A stretch of DNA of 64,000 bases from positions 2,320 through 66,319 of the forward strand of contig JADJSS010000004.1 in assembly GCA_016711605.1 (NCBI GenBank), written 5' to 3'. The notes beneath the pieces are model-generated. The model was not told the origin of the DNA and did not search any database. It saw only the letters and a list, made by a program, of their open reading frames with translations. Position numbers and translations under genes: made by a program. Of this stretch, positions 28,220 to 38,700 are shown one piece after another (the stretch's first letter is position 1; every line of letters begins with the position of its first letter). The stretch comes from Saprospirales bacterium. Its GTDB lineage: Bacteria > Bacteroidota > Bacteroidia > Chitinophagales > JADIYW01.

Positions 28220-29113
28220 TTAGAATCTACAATATACACCAAGTGGAAGTTTTTGATTTGTTGTTGAAGGTATATACAATTCACCATATTTTGGAAGTAT
28301 GTTTTCTAATGTCGATTTTTTAATATTATCAGCCATCAGGTTTTCAATGATCAAAGAAGAGAAACCTAACGAATAAGTATTTAAAATAAAAAAATGATTT
28401 TCTTTATCTAGTAACGTTAAAACATCAAATATCATTTCATTGATTTGATCTTCGAGTTTCCATTTTTCGCCATCCGTTCCATGTCCATACGCTGGTGGAT
28501 CCAAAATAATTCCTTGATAAATTTTTCCGCGTTTAATTTCTCGTTTTACAAATTTCACCGCATCTTCCACAACCCAACGAATATCTTTTAATTTAGAAGA
28601 TTCCATGTTTCGGTTTGCCCAACTTACTACTTGTTTTATCGAATCAACATGATACACCTCAGCACCAGCAGCTGCAGCAGCCAAACTTGAACCACCTGTA
28701 TAAGCAAATAAATTCAATACTTTTGGCGATTCCACATTTTTTTTGATAGCACTTGTTCTATCAAAAATAAAATCCCAATGCACACTTTGTTCGGGAAAAA
28801 TACCAACGTGTTTGAATTTTGTGAGTGCTAAATTAAAGTTTAAATTTAGTTGTTGATGCTGATAATTAATTTCCCAATTTTCTGGCATTTTTTTAAAAAA
28901 ATCCCATTTTCCGTTTGAAGAAGAAAGACCAATAAATTTTACATGTGCTTTTTCTAACCAATCTTTTTCGGTTAATTTTTTTGACCAAATTGCTTGTGGT
29001 TCTGGACGAATCGTAATGTATTCGCCAAAGCGTTCTAGTTTTTCAAAATTTCCTGTGTCGATTAATTCGTACTCTTTCCAATTTTCAGGATACAACGTGG
29101 CAATAGATTCCAT
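28220..29113 (-). CDS. Class I SAM-dependent (RNA) methyltransferase
   Basis: It has LNLFAYTGGSSLAAAAAGAEVYHVD (motif I) and IILDPPAYG (motif IV, DPPxY type). Confidence 0.8.
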   Translation of the reverse strand: MESIATLYPENWKEYELIDTGNFEKLERFGEYITIRPEPQAIWSKKLTEKDWLEKAHVKFIGLSSSNGKWDFFKKMPENWEINYQHQQLNLNFNLALTKFKHVGIFPEQSVHWDFIFDRTSAIKKNVESPKVLNLFAYTGGSSLAAAAAGAEVYHVDSIKQVVSWANRNMESSKLKDIRWVVEDAVKFVKREIKRGKIYQGIILDPPAYGHGTDGEKWKLEDQINEMIFDVLTLLDKENHFFILNTYSLGFSSLIIENLMADNIKKSTLENILPKYGELYIPSTTNQKLPLGVYCRF

Positions 29114-29154
29114 TTTGTAAAAATAAGAATAAAGATGAATGAGAAAAAATTAAA

Positions 29155-29700
29155 TTATTTTTCTTTTTTATAAATAGCTGCGCCGATAGCTGAACTAATT
29201 TCACTAATTACTATAAATGTTATAAATGAAGTAATGGTCATAAATATTGGTGATGAAAATTTTTGTGCCATTTCCATAGCTGTTTCAATCTTTTCTTCGC
29301 TCAATCCTTTGTCCGCCATTTGTTCTTTTTGAACTTGCATTAAACCATCCATAAAATCAGTATTAATAAAGTTGGTGTAAATAAAAAAGTAAACAATACT
29401 GATAATGGCTAAAATCAATGTAATTAACATGCCAGCTTTAAATAATGAACCAAATGAAATTAATTTATTTGCATTTTCAGCTGCAATGTTTTTTACGCCA
29501 ATAAAAACTAAAATCATAGAAATTAAAATAGAAACATAACGCGACCAACTATCGTATTCCACATTAATAAAATAAAAAACTAAAGATAAAATAATTGAAA
29601 CTAAACCAGTAATAATGCCAAATTTTATAGCCGTATCTTTAAAATTCAGTTCGCCTTTTTCTCTCAACGAAATTGGTTGGTCTGTGTTATTTGTACTCAT
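29155..29700 (-). CDS. Small integral membrane protein (DUF4199-like)
   Basis: It is 181 aa with about four TM helices and an architecture common in Bacteroidota. The family assignment is from memory only. Confidence 0.5.
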   Translation of the reverse strand: MSTNNTDQPISLREKGELNFKDTAIKFGIITGLVSIILSLVFYFINVEYDSWSRYVSILISMILVFIGVKNIAAENANKLISFGSLFKAGMLITLILAIISIVYFFIYTNFINTDFMDGLMQVQKEQMADKGLSEEKIETAMEMAQKFSSPIFMTITSFITFIVISEISSAIGAAIYKKEK

Positions 29701-29733
29701 TATTTTAATTTTAATAAAGGTATGATTTTAGTT

Positions 29734-30946
29734 TTATTCACCAATATTATTTCCTGCAATAAATCCGGTTGTCCATGCCGCTTGAAAATTGAAACCACCT
29801 GTAACTGCGTCAATATCTAAAACTTCACCAGCAAAATATAGGTTTGGAACAATTTTGCTTTGCATGGTTTTGAAATCTACTTCATTTAATGCTACGCCAC
29901 CAGCCGTAACAAATTCATCTTTGTTGGTGCTTTTACTTTGAATATTTATTTCGCAATTCGTCAAAAAATCTGCTATAGAATGCAGTTCATTTTTGTTGAG
30001 ATTTGCCCATTGTTTTTCCGTATCTATGTTTAATTCCAATAAACAATTTTTCCAAAATCGATTGGCTAATTTATACGGTGAAAAATTTTGAATAGCTTTT
30101 TTTGTATGTTCCATTTTTATTGCATTCAATTCAATTATGGCCTTGTCTTTTGATTCGTTTATCCAATTTATTAAAATAGAAAACTGATAATTTTTTTCTG
30201 CCAAAAAAGCGAGCACCAAATGCTGATAATTTTAAAATGACTGGTCCACTTAAACCAGTATGTGTAATGAGCAAAATGCCATTTGTTTCAAATGCTGATT
30301 CTTTAATTTTTATTTTAGTAGATGGTATTGAAATTCCAGATAAATCTCTGAATAAATTATTTTTTGTATTGAACGTAAATAAACTTGGAACTGGTTCAAT
30401 AATAGTATGTTTCAATGATTTTAAACTGTTCCAAATAGTGTTGTTGCTGCCACTTGCTATCAATAAATAGTCTGCTTTTAAAATGGTATTGTTATAGTTG
30501 ATTTCAAATTTTTCTTCTATAGAAATTTGCATCACTTTTGCCTGTAAAATTATTTTTATACCTAATTTTGTAGCTTCATTTTTTAAACAATTTACAATCG
30601 TCATTGAATCATCTGTTGTTGGAAAAATTCGACCATCATCTTCTGTTTTTAAAGTAACATTTTTACTTTCAAAAAAATCAATGGTATGTTCGCAATTAAA
30701 TTGAAAGAACGGTGACAGTAATTCTTTATTTCCTCTTGGATAAAATTTTACTAATTCTTTTACATCATAACAAGCATGTGTAACATTGCATCTTCCACCA
30801 CCAGAAATACGCACTTTTCCAAGCACTTCATTTCCTTGTTCTAAAATAATAATATCTATATTTTGCTGAGCTTCAGCCAATGTAATAGCAGCCATAAATC
30901 CAGCTGCGCCACCACCAACAATTACTAATTTTTTTCGATTTTCCAC
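29734..30946 (-). pseudogene. HI0933/BaiN-like NAD(P)/FAD-dependent flavoprotein interrupted by a frameshift
   Basis: ORF 30131..30946 (VIVGGGAAGFMAAI, GGGRCNVTH) and ORF 29734..30219 (VTAGGV ... GEVLDIDAVTGGFNFQ) are the two halves. Removing one T from the coding-strand T6 run (30203-30208) joins ...SAFGARFLAEKNYQFSILINW. Confidence 0.8.
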
Positions 30947-31017
30947 TTGAGTACAAAGATATTAAAATGAAACTCGTTGCTTGTCCTTTTTTTATTTAGA
31001 TTTGTAAAAAAAAATTA

Positions 31018-31944
31018 ATGCAAAGATTTTCAATAGCTATTCATGGTGGTGCAGGAACAATTTTACAATCAGAAATGAGTGCTGAAAAAGAGAAAGGATA
31101 TAAAGATGCGTTGCAAGATGCATTGAATGCTGGTTATAAAGTGTTAGAAAATGGTGGTACTTCATTAGATGCTGTTGAACAATCAATGATGCAATTAGAA
31201 AATTGTCCGTTGTTTAATGCAGCAAAAGGTGCTGTATTTAATGCACTTGGCAAACATGAAATGGATGCATCCATTATGGAAGGAAAAAATCGAATGGCTG
31301 GTGCGGTTTCTGGCGTGCATAATATACAACATCCAACTTCGTTGGCGCGACAAGTGATGGAACAAACCGAACATGTTTTTTTAATTGGTGAAGGCGCAAT
31401 GGATTTTGCAGCAACTATTGGTTTTCCGTTTATAGATGATGATTATTTTTATGATGAGTTTCGGTATCAGCAATGGTTGAAAATTAAAGACAGTGAAAAA
31501 TTTCAATTAGATCATACTATAGTTGATAAAAAATTTGGAACGGTTGGTGCTGTAGCATTAGATATACATGGTAATTTGGCAGCTGCTACATCAACTGGTG
31601 GAATGACCAATAAGAAATTTGGTAGAGTAGGTGATAGTCCAATTATTGGTGCTGGCACTTATGCCAATAATGCAACTTGTGCAGTTTCTTGTACAGGTAG
31701 TGGTGAATATTTTATTCGCGGTGTGGTTGCTTATGATGTGTCGTGTTTGATGGAATATAAAGGTTTGAGTTTACAAGCAGCTTGCGACGAAGTAGTTCAA
31801 CATCGATTAAAAAATATGGATGGTGATGGTGGTTTGATTGCCGTAGATACTCAAGGAAATATAGTGCTTTCATTCAATACTGAAGGTATGTATCGTGCTT
31901 GTAGAAATAATGAAGGCAGACATGAAGTGAGTATTTATAAATAA
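31018..31944 (+). CDS. iaaA: Isoaspartyl peptidase / L-asparaginase (Ntn hydrolase)
   Basis: It has HGGAG at the N-terminus, the autoprocessing site FGTVGAVALD and a length of 308 aa. A TAGATTTG -7 box lies at 30997-31004. Confidence 0.9.
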   Translation: MQRFSIAIHGGAGTILQSEMSAEKEKGYKDALQDALNAGYKVLENGGTSLDAVEQSMMQLENCPLFNAAKGAVFNALGKHEMDASIMEGKNRMAGAVSGVHNIQHPTSLARQVMEQTEHVFLIGEGAMDFAATIGFPFIDDDYFYDEFRYQQWLKIKDSEKFQLDHTIVDKKFGTVGAVALDIHGNLAAATSTGGMTNKKFGRVGDSPIIGAGTYANNATCAVSCTGSGEYFIRGVVAYDVSCLMEYKGLSLQAACDEVVQHRLKNMDGDGGLIAVDTQGNIVLSFNTEGMYRACRNNEGRHEVSIYK

Positions 31945-31951
31945 AATGCAC

Positions 31952-32875
31952 TTAATTTTTCATTAATAAATCTTTCTCATAAAATTGTTCTAAGATCCAT
32001 TCATCGCAATAAACAGGATTTATTTTAGGATTGTTTTTTACATGTTTTAGTAAATCAGAAAAGTTATTTGGTAATCGATTGAAATATCGAAATGCTGATA
32101 CTAAAGTGCCAAACATACATTCAGCTAACAAAAAATAAGCATCTTCGCGTGCCATTCCTGAAGCACGAACCATTTGCCGTTCTGCAGGATTTATACGATA
32201 TTTTTTTACATAATTTAATAGATTTTGATGGTAGTTCACATCTTCTGTAATTGCCATAATAGAATTATATCTAGGATGTATTTTATCTAACATTTGCTTC
32301 GTTTGTTTTTCCATTTCATCCAAACCATCATCAAACTGATCTAATAATTGCAAATCATAAACAGGATTTGCATGTACGACTTCTAGTAAATGACAAATAA
32401 TGGTATCACGCGGAACACGAATACCAATAGGATCTGAGATGCCTGATGGATCATTTAAAAATCGCAAAATTTGATGAAAGGTGAAATTGATATTTTTAGT
32501 TTTATAATAACTTGCAGCACCAGGTGAAATAAAATATCGCAACATATCATACGCGCCAAACCACAATTGTTTTTGTGATGGAATTTGTTCTATAAAACCG
32601 ATTTCTTTTAATCTGTTTAATCGCTTTTTCATCGCTGGATAATAAAACGTATTGAATAGTGTGATGGCTAATCGTTTCGTTTTATTCAGTATTATTTTTG
32701 GAGTTCCAATGGCGCGAAGCATTAATTTTATTGGATGTTGCTTTAGTCTATCAGTTGCTGTTTCACTTTCATTTTCACTTTCACTATCACTTTGCAATAA
32801 ATAATCATCTAAAGAAATATTTTTATTGTCAGCAATAAATCTACCGAATTTATCTTTTTTTAAAACTACTTTCAT
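31952..32875 (-). CDS. Hypothetical protein (helical, 307 aa) with an acidic Ser/Glu insert
   Basis: The ORF is long with coding-like composition, and I recognise no family. The QSDSESENESET segment is encoded by the AGTGAA-type hexamer tract at about 32760-32793. Confidence 0.5.
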   Translation of the reverse strand: MKVVLKKDKFGRFIADNKNISLDDYLLQSDSESENESETATDRLKQHPIKLMLRAIGTPKIILNKTKRLAITLFNTFYYPAMKKRLNRLKEIGFIEQIPSQKQLWFGAYDMLRYFISPGAASYYKTKNINFTFHQILRFLNDPSGISDPIGIRVPRDTIICHLLEVVHANPVYDLQLLDQFDDGLDEMEKQTKQMLDKIHPRYNSIMAITEDVNYHQNLLNYVKKYRINPAERQMVRASGMAREDAYFLLAECMFGTLVSAFRYFNRLPNNFSDLLKHVKNNPKINPVYCDEWILEQFYEKDLLMKN

Positions 32876-32883
32876 CTTAAAAG

Positions 32884-33369
32884 TTATAGAAAATCAGCAT
32901 CGAAATGTAACGGTAATAAATCTTTAATTGATTTGAAAATATAGACTGCACCACTTTCGCCTGTTAAGATAATTTCTATATTTTGATGATGTTTGCACTC
33001 AGCTTCAAAAATAGTTTGTCGGCAAATTCCACAAGGTGCAGCTGGCGTCAATACTGGGTTTTTCAATGATTTTGCAGTAATAGCAATCGCTTTTATTTTG
33101 GTATGTGAAGCGATAGAAGCAGCAGCACTTAATGCAGTTCGTTCAGCACAAAAACCAATTGGATACGATGCATTTTCTTGGTTGCTTCCTAAGATAATTT
33201 GTCCGTCATTTAGAAACAACGCAGCACCAACATTAAAATTGGAATACGGAGCATAACTATCATTCGTTGCCTTCTTTGCAGCATCTACTAATAATTTATA
33301 ATTTTCTGGAAGTTCGTCTGAACTCTTATAAGCAATGTAATTTATCTCAAATTTTAAATTTTCCTTCAT
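32884..33369 (-). CDS. cdd: Cytidine deaminase
   Basis: It has the zinc-binding motifs CAERTAL and PCGICRQ and is 161 aa long. Confidence 0.9.
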   Translation of the reverse strand: MKENLKFEINYIAYKSSDELPENYKLLVDAAKKATNDSYAPYSNFNVGAALFLNDGQIILGSNQENASYPIGFCAERTALSAAASIASHTKIKAIAITAKSLKNPVLTPAAPCGICRQTIFEAECKHHQNIEIILTGESGAVYIFKSIKDLLPLHFDADFL

Positions 33370-33913
33370 CTATCAATAATTTTAATTTTAAAATTCCGAT
33401 TATGGAAATGGCATCTTTGATTTCGCCGTTCATTACCATTTCAAACGCGGACAATAAAGATAATTTTTTTATTTGTAATTGTTCTGTTTCATCTGGTTGC
33501 GAATCTACAAATTTCAAATCTTGTGCCACAAATATATAAGCTAATTCATCAGTAGCAGAATTAGAAGTATTTGCAATACAAATTTGTGTAAATGTTTGTG
33601 CTTCCAAACCTACTTCTTCTATTAATTCTCTTTTTGCTGCTGTCAAAATATCTTTTTCTAGCAAGCCACCACCTTCAGGAATTTCCCAACTATATTCATT
33701 AATTGCATACCGAAATTGTCCAACTAAATAGGTGTTTCCATCAGCATCTATTGGTATAACACCGATTGCATAATTTTTAAAATGTACTTTACCATAAATT
33801 CCATTCGTTCCTGTTGGTGTAATGACTTCTTCGTGTGAAACCGAAATCCATTTATTGTCATATACAATTTCTTTTGATAAGCTTTTCCAAGGATTTTTTG
33901 TTTCGTCTATCAT
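33347..33913 (-). CDS. NUDIX hydrolase (ADP-ribose pyrophosphatase-like)
   Basis: It has the Nudix box GGLLEKDILTAAKRELIEEVG. It overlaps the cdd start by 23 nt. Confidence 0.85.
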   Translation of the reverse strand: MIDETKNPWKSLSKEIVYDNKWISVSHEEVITPTGTNGIYGKVHFKNYAIGVIPIDADGNTYLVGQFRYAINEYSWEIPEGGGLLEKDILTAAKRELIEEVGLEAQTFTQICIANTSNSATDELAYIFVAQDLKFVDSQPDETEQLQIKKLSLLSAFEMVMNGEIKDAISIIGILKLKLLIDEGKFKI

Positions 33914-33945
33914 TTTTTTAAATTATTATTTTTGATTTTAAAGCG

Positions 33946-34638
33946 TTAATCATTCATCAATTTATCAACTAATTTCTTTACACCAACGCTTGCTTTTTCT
34001 GTAATGTATTCTAAGTTTTTAAATTTTGAAATAGTTGGTTTGTTTGGATCAATGACAAATTTTGGTGCGTTATAGTTTACACAATGTATTAAGCCAGCTG
34101 CTGGATAAACGACCATTGAAGTTCCAATTACAATAAAAATATCAGCCGTACGTGCAATGTTTTCAGCAACACTAATCATAGGAACTTGCTCGCCAAACCA
34201 AACAATATGCGGCCTGAGTTGCGCTCCTTTTTCGCATTTATCTTCTGTTGTTAAATCTTTTTTCCATTCGTAGATAAGATGTTCATCAATTGTACTTCGA
34301 ACTTTAAATAATTCGCCATGCAAGTGCAAAACATGAGTAGAGCCAGCACGTTCGTGCAAATCATCAACGTTTTGTGTGATAATCTGAACGTTGTATTTTT
34401 CTTCTAAAACAACTAATAATTTATGTGCTTCATTTGGTTCGCAATCCAATAATTGCTTTCGTCGTTGATTATAAAAATCTAAAACCAATTCTTTGTTTCT
34501 TAACCATGCATCAAAAGTGGCAACATCTTCAATACGATGATTTTCCCAAAGTCCATCACTATCGCGAAATGTTTTGATGCCACTTTCTGCGCTAATTCCA
34601 GCACCAGTTAATATTACTATGTTTTGTTTTTTAAGCAT
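33946..34638 (-). CDS. cobB: Sir2-family NAD-dependent protein deacylase
   Basis: It has GAGISAESGIKTFRD, QNVDDLHERAG and HG motifs. I chose the start MLKKQNIVILTG. Confidence 0.85.
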   Translation of the reverse strand: MLKKQNIVILTGAGISAESGIKTFRDSDGLWENHRIEDVATFDAWLRNKELVLDFYNQRRKQLLDCEPNEAHKLLVVLEEKYNVQIITQNVDDLHERAGSTHVLHLHGELFKVRSTIDEHLIYEWKKDLTTEDKCEKGAQLRPHIVWFGEQVPMISVAENIARTADIFIVIGTSMVVYPAAGLIHCVNYNAPKFVIDPNKPTISKFKNLEYITEKASVGVKKLVDKLMND

Positions 34639-34860
34639 TTTTTTTATTGTATGCCACGATTTAAACACATTCAAATGTGATTAAACGCAAAGAATTATAA
34701 GTTTTTACGCAAAGTGCACTAAGTTTTTAAAAAGGTTATTAAGTTAAAAAAAGAATGAAAGGTATTTAATCAAATCAAAAAATATTTTTTTATAATTTCT
34801 TAAAATCTTCTTTTAAACTTTACGAATATACTATGTGTTCTTTGCGTTTATTTTATTTTT

Positions 34861-35580
34861 TTATTTTGAAATTCTCTTTATCAAACATAACACATGAGTT
34901 TGTGTTTTTGTTTCTTCATTATAAATTCCTTTGTTGGTTAAAATATCTACGCGTACTTTTCCAGATGCATGAATGATTTTTATTTTTTTATCTTCTTTAA
35001 AAATGATTCCAACATGAATAATTTTTTTTGTTTCTGGATTTTCAAAAAATGCTAAATCTTCATTGCGAATATTTTCAAAAGTAATGGTTTCTCCAAGTGT
35101 TGCTTGTTGATACGCATCACGTAAAATATTGATTCCATTTGCACGAAAAACTACTTGCGTAAAACCAGAACAATCAATGCCGAAAAAGGTGCGACCACCC
35201 CAAAAATAAGGCGTTTCCAAGAATAATTTCGCATCGTGAAGAATAGAATTTTTGATTGCTAATTTATTCAGTTTTCGCTTTTCTACAAACGAACCCATTG
35301 GTGCAAAAATCTTTTTTTCATCTACCAATATTTCCTGAAATAATTCTTTCACTACATTATGTGTTTGCTGATGTTGAGCTGTTTCTTTCCATTGTTTTTT
35401 ATCAATCCAACCAATGTAGTCATCGTGCTTTAATTTTACTTTCGTCCATTTTTCATTCTCTTCCAAAATATCAAATGTTTCACCAAATAAAATTTGATTT
35501 ACTATTTCTGCTTTGTCAGAAGGTTCGATGCGCATTGGAATTGCTGATAAGTTATTGATTCCAATTTTTTTAGTACTCAT
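34861..35580 (-). CDS. NlpC/P60 (C40) peptidase with an N-terminal SH3b domain
   Basis: It has the catalytic Cys context GIDCSGFTQVVF and the His context IHVGII, with an SH3-like N-terminal half. Confidence 0.85.
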   Translation of the reverse strand: MSTKKIGINNLSAIPMRIEPSDKAEIVNQILFGETFDILEENEKWTKVKLKHDDYIGWIDKKQWKETAQHQQTHNVVKELFQEILVDEKKIFAPMGSFVEKRKLNKLAIKNSILHDAKLFLETPYFWGGRTFFGIDCSGFTQVVFRANGINILRDAYQQATLGETITFENIRNEDLAFFENPETKKIIHVGIIFKEDKKIKIIHASGKVRVDILTNKGIYNEETKTQTHVLCLIKRISK

Positions 35581-35712
35581 TTTTTTAGTTTTATTCTATT
35601 TAACGATATTGTAAATATTGACATGTATCAATTAATTAATAAAAATAAGAATTGCTATTGACAAACTCATTTATTAGGTATAATATTGTAATAACATTTA
35701 AACCCAAAATCA

Positions 35713-38700
35713 ATGTTAACTTCTTTACCAAAATTGGTAGCGTGTTTCACGGCTATCCGCAGATATTTATCTGTCATCTTGTTATTTTTTATACTAATAT
35801 GTACAAAAAATAACTGTGAGGCACAGTTAAATGCAAATTTCACTCCGAGCAAAGATAAAGGATGTGCTCCATTATTTGTTAATTTCATAAATACTTCTAC
35901 AGGAAATCAAGATAGTTGTTTCTGGAATTTAGGTGTAAATGGAAATACATCTGATGATTGTAATCCAGGTGCTATTTTCAATTCTCCAGGTATTTATACT
36001 ATTAAACTAACAATTTTCAAAGCAGGTGCATCTTCTACAATATCTAAAACAATAACTGTATTTAAAGATCCTATTTCAAATTTTACTGCGTTGCCAAGAA
36101 TTGGTTGTGTGCCGTTTGATGTTCAATTTCAAGATTTATCTACTATAGGTGATGCGCCTATTACAAACTGGACTTGGGATTTTGGCGATGGAAATATCAA
36201 CACTACAAGAAATCCTTTGCATACATATATAAATAGTGGAAACTCTAGTGTTTCTTTAATTGTTACCGATGCAAATGGTTGTAAAAACACAATAACTAAA
36301 GATGATTTTATAATAAAATCTACCAAACCTTCAGTAGATTTTTCAATAAATAAAACACATACTTGTTTATTGCCATTTGCTGCTCAATTTACTAGTACAG
36401 TAAGCTCAACTTCAGCAGTAACTTATCTTTGGGATTTTGGAAATGGTGCTACTTCAACTACTGCAAATCCAACGTATAATTATAACCAGTATGGTAATTT
36501 TAATGTGTTACTCACTGTTAAAGATGCCAATAATTGTACAGCAACAAAGGCAATACCCAACGCTGTTCGTTTAGAAAAATTTGATGTACAGGCTAATTTA
36601 CCAACAAGTGCATGTACAGATAAAAATATTAAACCAACTGTTTTTTCTAATTATAGTCCTTTTTATTGCGATTGGAATTTTGGCAACGGACAAACATCAA
36701 CTTCCAATACACCAACATTCAACTATGATTTACCAGGAAGTTATACAATAAACTTAACAGCAACAAATGATGATGGTTGTAGAGACTCTGCAAATTTCAA
36801 TATTCAAGTGAATGAAGCGCCAAAAGTTGGATTCACTATTAATCAAACAGCATCCTGTGTAGCAGCAAATTTTTCGTTTACTAATACTTCTACAGGTGCT
36901 AATCAGTACCGTTGGATAATAAAAAAAGGTGGTGTTACTGTAGAAACTTCTAACGAAGTAAATCCATCTTTTTATATAGATGATTTTGGCTTGTATGAAG
37001 TGATTTTAGAAGCAACTTCTCCATCAGGATGCAAATCAACTTTAGATAGCACAGATGCAATTTATGTTGGAAAAGACAGAATGAATCCAGTTGCTGATAA
37101 AGATAAAGGTTGTAAAACGCTGCGTGTTCATTTCAATGCAAATTTAACGCACTATTTTACACCTACAAGTGTTGTTTGGGATTTTGGTGATGGTACAACA
37201 GGAACTGGTGAAAATCCTTACCATAATTATACCGACACAGGTACATTTTATGTTACAGTTACTGCAAATTATGATGCACCATGTTCTCCAATTAAGAAGC
37301 GTATTGGACCTATTCGTGTCGGTGATAAATATCCGTTTAGTGGTGATTTTGATTTGACTTCTGTTTGTGTAAATAAAGAGACTGTAACATACGATGCATC
37401 TGGTGGTATTTCAACAACCGAATTTACATGGATTTTTGGTGACGGCACCGATCAAGGTCGAAACGTAACTCATATTTATACTACACCTTCACAACCAGAA
37501 AAATATATGGTTTCTTTAATTGCAGAAAATAATACTTGCAAAGATACTTTGGAAATTAAAGAAATTTTTGTGGCATATCCAGAAGCGAGATTTTCTACCA
37601 CACAGATTTGTGGAGCACAAACTGTTAACTTCAAAAATGATTCCAAAGGACATGATAGAACATTTTGGGATTTTGGAGATGGTACTACCTCAAATACTAT
37701 GGATAAGAACTTTTCTCATGTCTATCCTTCCTCATTTACATCAACAAGTATCTTATTAATAGTTTATAATGATAGTACAGGTTGTGTAGATTCAATGAGA
37801 AAAAATATAAATTTTTCTGTGTTTGATTCTATTGGTTTTACTGTGTTGAATAAAAAAGGATGTGCTCCAGTGTTAGTTATTTTCAAAGCACCTTTAGATA
37901 CTAATATAATAAGTTATAGTTGGGATTTAGGAAACGGTTTGCGTGTAAATGGAAATCCAGCTATAGGATTTTATCCAAATGCAGGTAGTTATATTGTTCA
38001 TTTAAATGTTCGATACAGAAATGGCTGTTCAGTTCAATCATCCATTGAAGATACAGTAACAGTAATTGATATGCAACCAAATTTTATTCTTCAAAAAATA
38101 AGTGGATGCAATCCAGCAAACTATAGTTTCACCAATATTTCAAATTCTGCAGATGCACCTATAACATTATCTACTTGGCGACTAGATAATGGAACACCCA
38201 AGTTTGGTGATGATGTGAACTTTACTATAAATGGCGTAGGAAATCATTCAGTTAAGTTAGTAGTTGAAAATGCTTTCGGTTGTAAAGATTCTGTCAATAA
38301 AAAAATCAATATTGTTCCGGTTAAAGCAGATTTTTCTGTAAACAAAAATGATGTTTGTGCTGGAACTGAAATTAAATTTAAAAATTTATCAACTGGAGAT
38401 AATTTAAAATATTTATGGGACTTTGGTGATGGTACCACATCATCGGATTTTGAACCTATTCATGTTTTTGCTTCAGAAAGAAGTTATACAATTAAGTTAA
38501 AAGTATATGATGGAACAGGTTGTGAAGATAATATGGTGAAAAATTCGTTTGTAAGAATAAAAAATTTACACGTCAATTTTTCAGCATCACCAACCTATAA
38601 AACTTGCCCTGATTTAATTTCAGATTTTCAATTGCAAGCACCAGCAAATACGCAATTCAAAGATATTATTTGGGATTTTGGAAATGGAAATCAAAGTAAC

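Noticed and set aside
33347-34638. The Sir2, NUDIX and cytidine deaminase genes as a possible anti-phage defence island
   Set aside because: All three are of housekeeping size and motif content: a CobB-type deacylase, an ADP-ribose pyrophosphatase-type Nudix and a homotetrameric-type Cdd. None has fused effector or sensor domains. There are no neighbouring mobility genes and no compositional break. Sirtuin/ADP-ribose-hydrolase adjacency is metabolically sensible.
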